A DNA stretch of 64,000 nucleotides from Minisyncoccota bacterium (GCA_022763365.1 JALEGN010000017.1:96-64095); one strand, 5' to 3'; numbered from the stretch's first letter, positions 47,669 through 58,126 are shown. The notes: generated by a model not told the origin, from the sequence alone. Numbers and translations: made by a program.

Positions 47669-49462
47669 ATGGATTTATCTCATATTAGAAATTTCTCAAT
47701 TATTGCCCATATTGATCATGGGAAATCAACTTTGGCTGATCGCATGCTTGAGGTTACCAAAACCATTCCAGAGCGTAAAATGCGTGATCAAATGCTTGAT
47801 ACGATGGAGCTCGAACAAGAGCGTGGTATTACCATTAAAATGCAACCCGTACGCATGGAGCATGAGTTTGAGGGAAAGAAATATATTTTAAACCTTATTG
47901 ATACACCAGGTCATATCGATTTCTCATATGAAGTATCGCGTGCACTGAAGGCAGTAGAGGGTTCAATTTTATTGGTTGACGCAACCCAAGGTGTTCAAGC
48001 GCAAACCTTTACCACATTGGAAATGGCAAAAAAAGCTGGTCTCAAAATTATCCCAGCTCTTTCAAAGGTTGATTCACCTCTTGCACGCGTTGATGAGATT
48101 AAAGAAGAAGTCATGAACCTGTTGGATATTGATCCTGACGATATTTTGCTCGTATCAGGAAAAACAGGTGAGGGAGTTTCTGATTTGTTAGATACATTGA
48201 TTCAAGAAATTGAGCCACCCAAAGAAATAGTTCTCGATACCAAAAGCTCCCGAGGATTGGTATTTGATTTTGAATATTCAAATCATAAAGGAGTCATTAT
48301 TTACGTACGTTTAACTGACGGTGAAATTAAAAAAGGAGATCAAATGATATTTGGGACATCAAAGCGTAAATTCTTTGCTCTTGATGTCGGAGTTTTTAAA
48401 CCAGACGCTCAATCAACTGATACTTTAAAAGCAGGTGAGATTGGCTACGTCGTTACGGGTATTAAGGAGGCCAAGGTAGCGCAGGTAGGGGATACAGTAA
48501 CGTTGTTTAAAAACCAATTAGAAACCCTTCCGGGATATATGGAGCCAACACCAGTTGTGTGGGCATCGGTATACCCAGAATCTACTGATGATTTTGAGTT
48601 ATTAAAAACAGCACTAGGGAGACTGCAATTATCTGATTCGTCGTTATCTTTTGAGGAAGAAGTCTCAGGTACTTTAGGTCGAGGATTTCGCGTTGGTTGT
48701 CTTGGAATGCTCCACCTTGAAATTATTGGAGAGCGTCTCCGGCGTGAATTTGATCTTGATCTTATTATTACCTCACCATCGGTTACCTATGAGGTCATGA
48801 AGAAAAATGGTGATATGGTTACGGTCTATTCAGCAGCCTTATTTCCAGATCATGGTGATGTGGGCATGGTAGAGGAGCCGTGGGTGGAGATTAAAATTAT
48901 CACTCCTGGTGAATACCTTGGTGGGATTATGACCTTGTTGTACGAACATGAGGGGGAAACAGGTGATACGAAGACCTTCGGAGACGGACGAACACAGATT
49001 ATGGTTATGATGCCACTGAGAGAACTCATGAGGAATTTCTTCGATAATTTGAAATCAGTTTCCTCTGGATATGCTTCGATTTCATATGAAATTAAAGAAA
49101 TGCGAACGGCCGATGTAACGCGACTTGATGTGCTTGTTGCTGAAGAACCTGTTGCAGCCTTCGCGCGCATTGTTTCAACGAGAAGGGCAGATATTGAGGC
49201 TGATGAGACTGTTGAAAAGTTGTATAAGGCGCTGCCACGACAAATGTTTGTGGTTAAAATCCAAGCAAAGGTTCTCGGACGTATTGTTGCTTCGCGTCGT
49301 TTATCAGCTTTGAAAAAAGATGTTACTGCTAAACTTTATGGTGGAGATATCACGCGGAAAATGAAACTCCGAGAGAAACAAAAGAAAGGGAAAAAGAAAA
49401 TGGCAGCAATGGGGAAGGTTAATATTTCTCATGATGTGTTTCTTAAAATGATGAAAAAATAA
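47669..49462 (+). CDS. lepA: Elongation factor 4 (LepA)
   Basis: IRNFSIIAHIDHGKSTLADR, KDVTAKLYGGDITRKMKL. Confidence 0.97.
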   Translation: MDLSHIRNFSIIAHIDHGKSTLADRMLEVTKTIPERKMRDQMLDTMELEQERGITIKMQPVRMEHEFEGKKYILNLIDTPGHIDFSYEVSRALKAVEGSILLVDATQGVQAQTFTTLEMAKKAGLKIIPALSKVDSPLARVDEIKEEVMNLLDIDPDDILLVSGKTGEGVSDLLDTLIQEIEPPKEIVLDTKSSRGLVFDFEYSNHKGVIIYVRLTDGEIKKGDQMIFGTSKRKFFALDVGVFKPDAQSTDTLKAGEIGYVVTGIKEAKVAQVGDTVTLFKNQLETLPGYMEPTPVVWASVYPESTDDFELLKTALGRLQLSDSSLSFEEEVSGTLGRGFRVGCLGMLHLEIIGERLRREFDLDLIITSPSVTYEVMKKNGDMVTVYSAALFPDHGDVGMVEEPWVEIKIITPGEYLGGIMTLLYEHEGETGDTKTFGDGRTQIMVMMPLRELMRNFFDNLKSVSSGYASISYEIKEMRTADVTRLDVLVAEEPVAAFARIVSTRRADIEADETVEKLYKALPRQMFVVKIQAKVLGRIVASRRLSALKKDVTAKLYGGDITRKMKLREKQKKGKKKMAAMGKVNISHDVFLKMMKK

Positions 49463-49590
49463 TTATTTCCATAAAATTTTTAGATTATTTCGTTAAAATA
49501 AATATTCTCTCGGTCACAGTAGGTAACTACTGCTCCTTCATTCATATTTATTTTGCCTTATGATCCTGTAATTTTAAGAAAATAATAGTT
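49462..49590. repeat. Long imperfect palindrome (REP/MITE-like stem-loop)
   Basis: Nested arms ATTATTT/AAATAAT, TAAAATT/AATTTTA, AAAATAAATAT/ATATTTATTTT, CAGTAG-gtaa-CTACTG. Confidence 0.55.
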
Positions 49591-49623
49591 AAATAAAAAA
49601 TAACCTTCTTATGGAGGTTATTT

Positions 49624-49743
49624 TTAAAATCCTGCACCCGCTCCAAATGAGTAGAGGAGGACCATACTGATTGAAACAAGGATACCAATAACAATCATAA
49701 AGTTCTTGGTTCGTTTCCGTCCTTTTTTGCTAAATAAATTCAT
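49624..49743 (-). CDS. Small single-TM protein (39 aa), not in the ORF track
   Basis: Manual translation MNLFSKKGRKRTKNFMIVIGILVSISMVLLYSFGAGAGF; ends at the terminator at ~49595-49625. Confidence 0.65.
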   Translation of the reverse strand: MNLFSKKGRKRTKNFMIVIGILVSISMVLLYSFGAGAGF

Positions 49744-49762
49744 AGTATACTAATAGTATATC

Positions 49763-50068
49763 ATGAAAGACTATAGGACAAGAAAACAACGTAAAAACCC
49801 TTTCTATCACTCTTGGGTCTTTTTGTTTGTGCTTGTTCTTGTTCTGGGTCTTTTTGTACGCTCTGCTTACGCCTCATTTTCAAAGAAACGCACCGCAGAC
49901 CTAGAACGTGAAAAATATCAAACACGCTTTGATGAATTAGTTGAGAAAAAAGAACTCCTTGAAGAAAAAATTGAACACCTTAAAACTGAACGAGGGATTG
50001 AAGAAGAGTTGCGTAAACGTTTTAATGTTACAAAAGAAGGAGAGAAAATAATCAAAATTATTGAATAA
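49763..50068 (+). CDS. Septum formation initiator (FtsB/DivIC family)
   Basis: TM plus coiled coil; GIEEELRKRFNVTKEGE. Confidence 0.8.
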   Translation: MKDYRTRKQRKNPFYHSWVFLFVLVLVLGLFVRSAYASFSKKRTADLEREKYQTRFDELVEKKELLEEKIEHLKTERGIEEELRKRFNVTKEGEKIIKIIE

Positions 50069-50149
50069 AATAGATCCTTGCAGGGTCTATTTTATTTTGA
50101 ATAGTTCTGTTATAGTTAAGGTATATTATTAGTGTAACGTATAAAAAAT

Positions 50150-50383
50150 ATGAAAGACGTAAAAATTTATTCAACACCAAGTTGTCACTTTTGCCACATG
50201 GCAAAAGATTTCTTCAATGAAGAAGGAATTAAGTATGAAGAATTTAATGTAGCTGAAGATGCTGATAAACGAGCAGAAATGATGGAAAAAACTGGTCAAA
50301 TGGGAGTTCCAGTAATTGAAGTTGGAGAAGAATTCGTTATTGGATTTAACGAAGCAAAGATTAAAGAGCTTTTAGAAGCTTAA
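50150..50383 (+). CDS. Glutaredoxin-like protein (NrdH/YruB family)
   Basis: YSTPSCHFC, GQMGVPVI, IGFN. Confidence 0.9.
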   Translation: MKDVKIYSTPSCHFCHMAKDFFNEEGIKYEEFNVAEDADKRAEMMEKTGQMGVPVIEVGEEFVIGFNEAKIKELLEA

Positions 50384-50415
50384 ATAAAAAACACCATGAG
50401 GTGTTTTTTATTTTG

Positions 50416-50488
50416 TGTCCCCACCAGGAATCGAACCTGGATCTAGAACTTAGGAGGTTCTTGTTCTATCCGATTGAACTATAGGGAC
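50416..50488 (-). tRNA. tRNA-Arg(CCT)
   Basis: GTCCCTA acceptor, AGAAC-CTCCTAA-GTTCT anticodon arm, CCAGG-TTCGATT-CCTGG T arm; CCA not encoded. Confidence 0.93.
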
Positions 50489-50578
50489 AATGTTGCAATT
50501 ATAGTACGTGAATAAAAGAGCGCAAATACACTTTCTATATGATTGCAGTCCAGAGTAGCTATGATATACTTATCCCAC

Positions 50579-50899
50579 ATGGACCAAGATCTTCGAAAAC
50601 TTATCGAGGAAAACCAATCTCTGTTACGCAAAAATCTAGAGATAGCACAGCGTAATGAGAAAAAAATCAAAAAAATTCAATCACATATTAGACGAACGAT
50701 GGTTGCAAAATATGTATATTGGATTATTGTTATTGGTGTTACTGCTTCGGCATTGTATTTTTCAAAGCCGTATATTAATCAGGCAGTAAACACCTATAAT
50801 GATTTTAAAGATACGGTTGAACGATCGTCTGAAATTATTAATGAACCAGGTTCATTATTCAAGGATGTTGATTTGATTCAACGTGTATTTGGTTCATAG
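50579..50899 (+). CDS. Hypothetical single-TM coiled-coil protein
   Basis: MDQDLRKLIEEN...; TATACT 8 nt upstream. Confidence 0.65.
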   Translation: MDQDLRKLIEENQSLLRKNLEIAQRNEKKIKKIQSHIRRTMVAKYVYWIIVIGVTASALYFSKPYINQAVNTYNDFKDTVERSSEIINEPGSLFKDVDLIQRVFGS

Positions 50900-50909
50900 A
50901 ACCTAACAT

Positions 50910-50983
50910 GCTCAGGTAGCTCAGTTGGTTAGAGCACTTGTTTGAAGCACAAGGGGTCGGCAGTTCGAATCTGCCCCTGAGCA
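50910..50983 (+). tRNA. tRNA-Phe(GAA)
   Basis: GCTCAGG acceptor, CTTGT-TTGAAGC-ACAAG anticodon arm, GGCAG-TTCGAAT-CTGCC T arm; CCA not encoded. Confidence 0.93.
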
Positions 50984-51161
50984 CAAATTGTAATTACTAT
51001 AATATTTTCAAAAAAGCCTTATATCATAAGGCTTTTTATTAGTCTTTAATTTAGAGTTGTTCTTAATACAAGTACAGATTTGAACTTAAATAAATTAAGC
51101 AATAATATTTACAAATATCAATATTTATGATAATGTCTCATTAAATAAAAACTTAATAAAA

Positions 51162-52403
51162 ATGAGACATTTATACATCAACGATTTAAAAAATACTCTA
51201 GCAATATGGGAGTATGCAAATCTATTTGCAGAAGTCATTTACCAAAAAATGAACAAAAGTTTGGGAGCTAATATGCTTTCGTTATTAGGCGAAGAATATA
51301 AATCAACTCCTATGATAGGTTCAGAAATAGATGAAAATGGTTTTCTTGCAAGAGGTTTTAGGCATTACGAAAAGTTAAAACGTGATATTGAAGAAGATTA
51401 TCCGTTTAATCCTAATAATTTCATACCAAGAATACCAAAAGATTTAAGTTCAACTGTAGAAGAACGATATTCTTATGTTAGATCAAATCATTTACTTTCT
51501 ATTTATCGATTACCATTAATATTAGATGGTTGGTTGGAAACTAGAAAAGTATTTCTATTTGAAAATCTTCGGATGCTTCCCATAATTAGACCTAATAAAA
51601 AAAGCTATTTGGAATACCTTCCTTATGATAGTTTTATAATTAAGTTTAATGAGCCGTTTGATATTTTTGTGGAATTAAGTGATAGAGATTATTCTTTCCC
51701 AGTTTCTACAATTATGGTGAGTTCTGATGATAATTTTATTGATTTTATAATTATTCCATATAGCGTGGAGGGTTTATTGCCTGATAAGAATCAGATCAAG
51801 AAAATGAAAAAAATCATTAGAAACCCTAAAAAACCTTCTCCAAATTTACTGATGGAGCTGGCTGTATCTCAACAGACACCATGTGGCTTTGAATTTATGG
51901 GTTATTCAATTAATAGAAATAATCTCAAGATTCATAGTTATGAAGATGGAAAGTTTGTTGAAGAAGAGTATTTTGAAAAAGCTGAAGCTGTTTTTGAAGA
52001 TAATTCAACTTCCTTAATAACTACGGCAAAAGAAGTACTCTCAATTATTAATGGCGTTTGTAAATTAATTTCTGAAATTCCTGCTCAAGAGCATGTAGAT
52101 CAAATCAACGATAAGGCACAGTCTGAGGGACAAGATTCTTTTGAGGATTTTGAGTGGTATAAGGTTCCAATAACAGAAGTTAAATATTTAGATAATAATG
52201 GTAAATTTTTACAATATGAGTCTAAGTATATAGTTTCTACTGGATCTGGTTCTGAAAAAGCCTACCACAAGAGACGTGGGCATTGGAAAACGATTAAAAA
52301 AACCGGTAAAAGATATTGGGTGAATGCAACAGAAGTGAATCCACACAAAAAAGAAGATGGACCTTTAAAAGGTAGTGCAATTGAAATTATGTCTGAAAAA
52401 TGA
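51162..52403 (+). CDS. Hypothetical protein with C-terminal HxRRGHW motif
   Basis: 413-aa AT-rich ORF downstream of tRNA-Phe. Confidence 0.65.
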   Translation: MRHLYINDLKNTLAIWEYANLFAEVIYQKMNKSLGANMLSLLGEEYKSTPMIGSEIDENGFLARGFRHYEKLKRDIEEDYPFNPNNFIPRIPKDLSSTVEERYSYVRSNHLLSIYRLPLILDGWLETRKVFLFENLRMLPIIRPNKKSYLEYLPYDSFIIKFNEPFDIFVELSDRDYSFPVSTIMVSSDDNFIDFIIIPYSVEGLLPDKNQIKKMKKIIRNPKKPSPNLLMELAVSQQTPCGFEFMGYSINRNNLKIHSYEDGKFVEEEYFEKAEAVFEDNSTSLITTAKEVLSIINGVCKLISEIPAQEHVDQINDKAQSEGQDSFEDFEWYKVPITEVKYLDNNGKFLQYESKYIVSTGSGSEKAYHKRRGHWKTIKKTGKRYWVNATEVNPHKKEDGPLKGSAIEIMSEK

Positions 52404-52545
52404 TTTTCATAAAAAACAAAGAACCAATTTAACTTGGTTCTTTTTACATAAAATTTTATCGTACAATAAATTCCATCTGTAAAATAAACTCTCGTAATTT
52501 ACATAATTATTATTTTACGTATCATTAAATAAAAAATATAATTCA

Positions 52546-52926
52546 ATGATAATAAAAATAAATAAAAGCCAAGTATACTACTTTTCATTATTTCTTTTAT
52601 TTTTTGTTTTAGAAATTGTATTTGTATACATTAAAACGAATGAATTTATTCGTTCATATGTAAGTGATATTTTGGCAGTTATGTACGTCTATTTCTTTTT
52701 CAGATGCATACGCATCTCCGTCTTTATGTCATTTATTGTCACTGCGTTTATTGCTGTTTGTATTGAAACCATTCAATATTTAGCAATTTTTGAAACACAA
52801 GATAATTTCTTGAGTAAAATGATTATTGGTGGAACATTTGATAGTTACGATTTTGTAGCGTATACCGTGGGACTACTATGTGTACTAACAATTGAATATT
52901 TAACAAACAAAAAAGCCTTACTATAG
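52546..52926 (+). CDS. DUF2809-family membrane protein
   Basis: FIRSYVSDIL, IETIQY, IGGTFDSYD. Confidence 0.75.
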   Translation: MIIKINKSQVYYFSLFLLFFVLEIVFVYIKTNEFIRSYVSDILAVMYVYFFFRCIRISVFMSFIVTAFIAVCIETIQYLAIFETQDNFLSKMIIGGTFDSYDFVAYTVGLLCVLTIEYLTNKKALL

Positions 52927-52931
52927 GCTTT

Positions 52932-53402
52932 TTATTTAATCTTAAGTCTGGCTTGTCGATCACGATCAACTAACGGTAACACAAGAGTTAAAAGTCCATG
53001 TGATTCATGCGCTTCGGCTAATTCAATATCAATTTCTTCTGGAAGGTTAATGGTTCGCTCAAACGATCCCCAAAACAGTTCTTCGTAATAATGTTCATCA
53101 ATACGTCCTTCTGGATCGTTTTTACGTGATCCTTCAATGGTAATTTGATCTCGGGTTAAAGTGATATCAATTTCTGACTTTTGGATTCCAGCCACCATAG
53201 TTTTAATAATAATAGCATTATTAACGCGGTACATATCAACTGAAAGTTCTCCAATTTCTTCTTCATACGCATCTTCTTCCTCTTCAAATTCTTCCTCTTC
53301 AGCCTCAAGATATTCTCCATCCATAGTATCAAATTCCTCTTCCTCAGAGTTGAATTTGATACTTCCTGTTAGTTTTTCAAAAAATGATTTTTTGTTTGTC
53401 AT
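52932..53402 (-). CDS. Hsp20/alpha-crystallin small heat-shock protein
   Basis: LSVDMY, ELFWGSFERTINLP, GLLTLVLP. Confidence 0.9.
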   Translation of the reverse strand: MTNKKSFFEKLTGSIKFNSEEEEFDTMDGEYLEAEEEEFEEEEDAYEEEIGELSVDMYRVNNAIIIKTMVAGIQKSEIDITLTRDQITIEGSRKNDPEGRIDEHYYEELFWGSFERTINLPEEIDIELAEAHESHGLLTLVLPLVDRDRQARLKIK

Positions 53403-53409
53403 AATATTT

Positions 53410-54102
53410 TTAGTGGGTTACACGACGGCAACGCTCGAACATTGCGATAATAAAGAGGGTAATAACCCACAGTATCGCAAGAGTTAGCAATCCGTCTATT
53501 TCTACATATTTAATTATAAAGTAGTTGAATAGCGTGTGCAATATAATTACAATACCAAGTCCTAAAATACCAAAGAGTATTTTAGTACTTTTCTTTTTAT
53601 AAAATACAAAACCAATAATCAATCCCAAGAGGGCGGCAAGAATACTGTGAAGGATGGTGGCACCCAAAAATCGTAATGTCCCTGTTTCAATAACGAATGA
53701 AATATCTTGTTGTAAACTTGGCTCGAGAAGGAAAAGGACATTTTCTGCCGCTGCAAAACCAATAGCGCCGGTAATCAAATAAATAGCGTAATCAATAGGT
53801 TCATCAAGGTAGGATGAATTAAAATCAATCAAGAAGACGACAGCAAATTTAGCTATTTCTTCAATCGTCGCAAAGAAAAGTATTTTTTCAGTTCCTACAA
53901 GCCCAAATGATTTAGCAAATTGTTCAAAAGGTGTAATGAGAAAGACCACTAGTGCTCCAGCAATAAAGGTGAGGATAAGGAGACCACGAGGCTCAGGTTG
54001 AAATCGGTCTTCACGCAACCAAAAAAACAACCAAAGCAAGGCTGGCAGTATTCCCGATAAAAGGAGTGTCCAAACTACTTCGCTTGTTATAAGGTCGGCC
54101 AT
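53410..54102 (-). CDS. prsW: PrsW-family intramembrane protease
   Basis: EP, IEEIAK, GFAAAEN, H motifs. Confidence 0.85.
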   Translation of the reverse strand: MADLITSEVVWTLLLSGILPALLWLFFWLREDRFQPEPRGLLILTFIAGALVVFLITPFEQFAKSFGLVGTEKILFFATIEEIAKFAVVFLIDFNSSYLDEPIDYAIYLITGAIGFAAAENVLFLLEPSLQQDISFVIETGTLRFLGATILHSILAALLGLIIGFVFYKKKSTKILFGILGLGIVIILHTLFNYFIIKYVEIDGLLTLAILWVITLFIIAMFERCRRVTH

Positions 54103-56282
54103 GATACTGTCATCAGTATATCACGGTCATCATTGTTTTTGAGGTCTTTCCAGATTTCTTCAGTGATAAATGGCATAAAAGGATGAAGCATTGTTACAAT
54201 CATTTTTAATGAATGGAGTAAGAATTGTCTTCGAGAATGAATTTCTTCAGTGCTACCATTTTCAAATATTGTTTTCGATTCCTCTAGAATTTCTGAGGCA
54301 AAGGTATCCCAGGTGTAGTGATATAATTTTTCAGAAACAAGATAATATTTAAACTCGTTCATTTCCTTTGTGAGCTCTTGAAACAACTCTTCTTGCTCTT
54401 TAATGAGCTCTTGATCACGTAGTGAATATTCAAAATCTTTATCTAGATTAATGGATTCAGTTTCAGTCAATACAAACCGAGTAATGTTCCATAACTTGTT
54501 TCCAAATTTAGAATAGGCTTTGATTTTATTTTCATCAAGGTTTACGTCTCCACCAGGGCCATTACCCACAATCAATGCCATACGTAAGGCATCGGTTCCA
54601 TATTTTCCAATCAGATCAACAGGGTCAATAATATTACCCAATGATTTTGACATTTTTCGCCCCTTAGCATCTCGAACGAGTCCATGAAGGTAAACCGTTT
54701 CAAATGGAATATCTCCTAAAAGGTAAGTCGTCATCAAAATCATACGTGCTACCCAGAAAAAGATAATATCATGACCTGTTTCTAAAATATTGGTAGGGTG
54801 ATAGGTTTTAAAATCGTCAGATTCAGTATTTGGCCACCCTAGGGTTGAGAAGGTCCACAATCCTGATGAGAACCAAGTGTCTAAGGTATCTTCATCTTGC
54901 TTCCAATCATCACCTGAAGGAGCTTCAGTTCCTACAAATATGTCATCACCTTTGTACCAAACTGGGATTCTATGACCGTACCAAATTTGCCTTGAAATAT
55001 TCCAGTCACGTAGGTTTTCAATCCAATTAAAGTAGGTTTTTTCAAAACGTGATGGCAGGATATCAATTTGTTCATTTCGAACAACATGGAGCATTAATTC
55101 TTTGAGGCTTACCATTTGTCCTTTTTCAATATCCTCAATTTTTGAATCTTTGGCAGGGAATTTTTTATTCACATCAATCCACCATTGTAATTTTGGTAAT
55201 GGTTCAATAACAGCTCCGGTTCGTTCTGCAGTACCTACGCTTTGTATAGTATCTTCTTTTACCAAAAGAAGACCTTCAGATTTGAGCCATTCTACTACAG
55301 CTTCGCGTGCGGCAGCTACCTTAACATCCTTAACACCTTCCATACCTACGATCATTTTTCCATACTCGTTAATGACTTGTTTTAATGGCAGATTATGACG
55401 CTGTGCAATGTCCCAGTCAGCTACCGAATGAGCCGGCGTAACCCCAAGAGCACCAACACCAAATTCTGGATCAACGTGTTCGTCAGCAACAATTTTAACC
55501 GTCACGTCTTCGCCAGCAAAATTAAATGAATATTCATTTCCAATATATTCTTGATAACGTTTGTCTTCTGGATGAACTGCAACAGCCGTATCTCCTAATT
55601 TAGTTTCAGGACGAGTAGTTGCAATAGGGAAAGGGAAGTCGTGGGAGTATTTAAAGGTATACATAGTTCCTTTTCTATTCTCTCGTACAACTTCATCATC
55701 TGAAATAGTTGTTTGGCCTTTTGGGTCCCAGTTTACAATTCGTTCTTTCTGATAGATTAGCCCGTCATTATACATCTGTGTGAAGGCAGTATACACGGCA
55801 TGTTCTCGTTCTTTATCTAAGGTAAAAGCTTCTCGTGACCAGTCCAGGGATGCCCCCATTTTTTTACACTGAGAAACAATAGTGTCATGTGAATCCTGAG
55901 CAAAGGTATTTACACGTTCTAAAAATGCTTTGCGTCCAAGATCGTGTTTACGAATTTTTTCTTTCTGGAGGAGCTTTTCAACCTTTGACTGGGTTGCAAT
56001 GGCTGCATGATCAGTTCCAGGTAACCAGAGCGTACGTTTTCCGAGCATACGATGATAACGAACCATAATATCCTGGATAGCCAACATTGAGGCATGTCCG
56101 GTATGTAAAGTACCGGTTACATTCGGAGGAGGTAACACAATAGAAAAAGCTTCTGCATTAGGGTCAGTTAATCCAGCTTTAATCATTTCATCAGGATTAT
56201 AAAACCCAGATTCTTCCCAGATTTTTGAGATAGCATCTTCTACATTTTCTGCATTATATGGTTGTAAGTATTTTTCGTTCAT
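54087..56282 (-). CDS. valS: Valyl-tRNA synthetase (short form)
   Basis: PPPNVTGTLHTGH, DWNISRQIWYGH, KMSKS; ends without the C-terminal coiled-coil arm. Confidence 0.95.
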   Translation of the reverse strand: MNEKYLQPYNAENVEDAISKIWEESGFYNPDEMIKAGLTDPNAEAFSIVLPPPNVTGTLHTGHASMLAIQDIMVRYHRMLGKRTLWLPGTDHAAIATQSKVEKLLQKEKIRKHDLGRKAFLERVNTFAQDSHDTIVSQCKKMGASLDWSREAFTLDKEREHAVYTAFTQMYNDGLIYQKERIVNWDPKGQTTISDDEVVRENRKGTMYTFKYSHDFPFPIATTRPETKLGDTAVAVHPEDKRYQEYIGNEYSFNFAGEDVTVKIVADEHVDPEFGVGALGVTPAHSVADWDIAQRHNLPLKQVINEYGKMIVGMEGVKDVKVAAAREAVVEWLKSEGLLLVKEDTIQSVGTAERTGAVIEPLPKLQWWIDVNKKFPAKDSKIEDIEKGQMVSLKELMLHVVRNEQIDILPSRFEKTYFNWIENLRDWNISRQIWYGHRIPVWYKGDDIFVGTEAPSGDDWKQDEDTLDTWFSSGLWTFSTLGWPNTESDDFKTYHPTNILETGHDIIFFWVARMILMTTYLLGDIPFETVYLHGLVRDAKGRKMSKSLGNIIDPVDLIGKYGTDALRMALIVGNGPGGDVNLDENKIKAYSKFGNKLWNITRFVLTETESINLDKDFEYSLRDQELIKEQEELFQELTKEMNEFKYYLVSEKLYHYTWDTFASEILEESKTIFENGSTEEIHSRRQFLLHSLKMIVTMLHPFMPFITEEIWKDLKNNDDRDILMTVSWPTL

Positions 56283-56393
56283 GTAGTTGATAGTAGCATA
56301 TGCCCTATGTTTTTAAAGACAGATTATTTGTAAATTATTTTATATATGATTTAATTAAATTGAACAAACAATATACATCTAAAAAAAGTACGT

Positions 56394-56795
56394 ATGAAAA
56401 ATAAAGAAATTATTCTACGGCTTAAAAAAGAAATAATAAACAAGCCAAACGTCAAAAAATCTTTGATAGTTTTACAACATATGAAAGATGTCGAGGTCTT
56501 GCTTCGAGATTTATTTCAAAAAGTACCCCTTGAGTTTAAGGAGAGAATACAAGAGTATTTTTCTTTTATGCCGAATGCAGAACCAGGTAAGGTTCATGTT
56601 CTTTCAATGCTATTGGGTATAAAACTCTATGAGCATAGATTTGCTGGTAAAAAGATGAAAGATATGATTCCTCACTTGGAGACATTAAATCAGATCTTTA
56701 AGAATCTTATTAAATTCCAAGGAAACGGAAACCCTTTAATAGAAATTGAATATCTTTACCAAGAACGTCAAAATCAACTTTGGTATCTCGGATAA
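56394..56795 (+). CDS. Hypothetical protein
   Basis: 133-aa ORF between valS and tsaD. Confidence 0.5.
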   Translation: MKNKEIILRLKKEIINKPNVKKSLIVLQHMKDVEVLLRDLFQKVPLEFKERIQEYFSFMPNAEPGKVHVLSMLLGIKLYEHRFAGKKMKDMIPHLETLNQIFKNLIKFQGNGNPLIEIEYLYQERQNQLWYLG

Positions 56796-56824
56796 TCCAA
56801 AACACTCACATATTATGAGTGTTT

Positions 56825-58012
56825 TTATAATTTCAAATTTCCTACTGCGGTGATATGTTTAACTTCAGAAATCGCTATATTATTATTTTTCCAGTAATTA
56901 ATAAACCCAGCTGTTGCAATCATGAGGGCATTATCACCACAGAGTTTTTTCTCAGGTAGGTACAGTGGTATGTCATATTCTGAACATAATGATCTAAAAC
57001 TTTCCGCGATAAAAATATTAGCTGAAACACCACCAGCAATAATTAAACCCTTAACATCAAATTCTTCAATAGCTTTTTGTGTTTTTTTAATTAGAACCTC
57101 AGTTACAGCATGTTCAAACTCACGTGAGATATCAGAGGTGTTTTGTTTATCTAAAGTTTTTTCTTTTTTCAAATCATCAATAAGGTACCGAGTAGCAGTT
57201 TTTAACCCTGAAAATGAAAATCGATAATCACCTGAATTAATCATTGGTCGCGGGAGATTAATTGATTCATTTTCTTTTCCGTTTAAAGCTGCTTTGGAAA
57301 CCTTAGGTCCACCAGGGTAGTCCATACCTAACATACGGGCAACCTTATCAAAGGCTTCGCCAACAGCATCATCAATAGTTTCTCCAATAATTTCATAATC
57401 ACCCCAATCACGGACCAAAACTAATTGCGTATGGCCTCCAGAAATTAACAGAGATAGTATTGGGAATTTAAAATCTTGAATATTTAATAATGCATCTTCT
57501 TGCTTTAGATAGTTTTCTTTAAGGAGAATAGATGCAATATGTCCTTCCATGTGGTTTACCGGGAGTACTGGGATGTTCCATATTCTAGCTAAGGCTTTAG
57601 CAAAATTAACACCAACCCATAGTGCTGGAGCAAGTCCTGGTCCGTGGGTTACCATAATCATATCAATACTAGGTTTTTTAATATTTTCTAAAAGTTCAAT
57701 GAAATGATTATAAAGTTCAGGCTCACGTTCAAGAATATGCTCAAATTCATTTTTATTTTCTAGAGTTTCAGTAGATTTGATATATAAGTCAGCATTTTTC
57801 AACGATTGCTCTAGTAGGGGAACAAGGTTTTTAGCATGTTCACGTTTTGCGAGTGCTGGAAATACACCCCCATACTCTTTATGGATATCAATTTGTGAAA
57901 TAACGACATCAGAAAGTACCTTGAAATTTGGACTTTGATGGTCAATATTTGAAGTTGAAATGATGGAAATCGCTGTTTCATCACAGCTTGTTTCAATGGC
58001 TAGAATATTCAT
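56825..58012 (-). CDS. tsaD: tRNA N6-threonylcarbamoyltransferase TsaD
   Basis: AIETSCDET, HMEGH, SGGHT, DDAVGEAFDK, FSFSGLKT, DNALMI. Confidence 0.95.
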   Translation of the reverse strand: MNILAIETSCDETAISIISTSNIDHQSPNFKVLSDVVISQIDIHKEYGGVFPALAKREHAKNLVPLLEQSLKNADLYIKSTETLENKNEFEHILEREPELYNHFIELLENIKKPSIDMIMVTHGPGLAPALWVGVNFAKALARIWNIPVLPVNHMEGHIASILLKENYLKQEDALLNIQDFKFPILSLLISGGHTQLVLVRDWGDYEIIGETIDDAVGEAFDKVARMLGMDYPGGPKVSKAALNGKENESINLPRPMINSGDYRFSFSGLKTATRYLIDDLKKEKTLDKQNTSDISREFEHAVTEVLIKKTQKAIEEFDVKGLIIAGGVSANIFIAESFRSLCSEYDIPLYLPEKKLCGDNALMIATAGFINYWKNNNIAISEVKHITAVGNLKL

Positions 58013-58126
58013 ATCACGTACTATATCAGAAAAATCAAGAGGGTCATTACTTGTTTTTTAAATTATAAGTGTTTAAATATAAATAAGAACTCTTTTTTAT
58101 TCGTGTAATTTAAATATCTATTAATT

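Noticed and set aside
54087-56282. valS as a pseudogene because it is short
   Set aside because: HIGH-like and KMSKS motifs and the anticodon-binding region are intact with no frameshift; only the C-terminal arm is absent.
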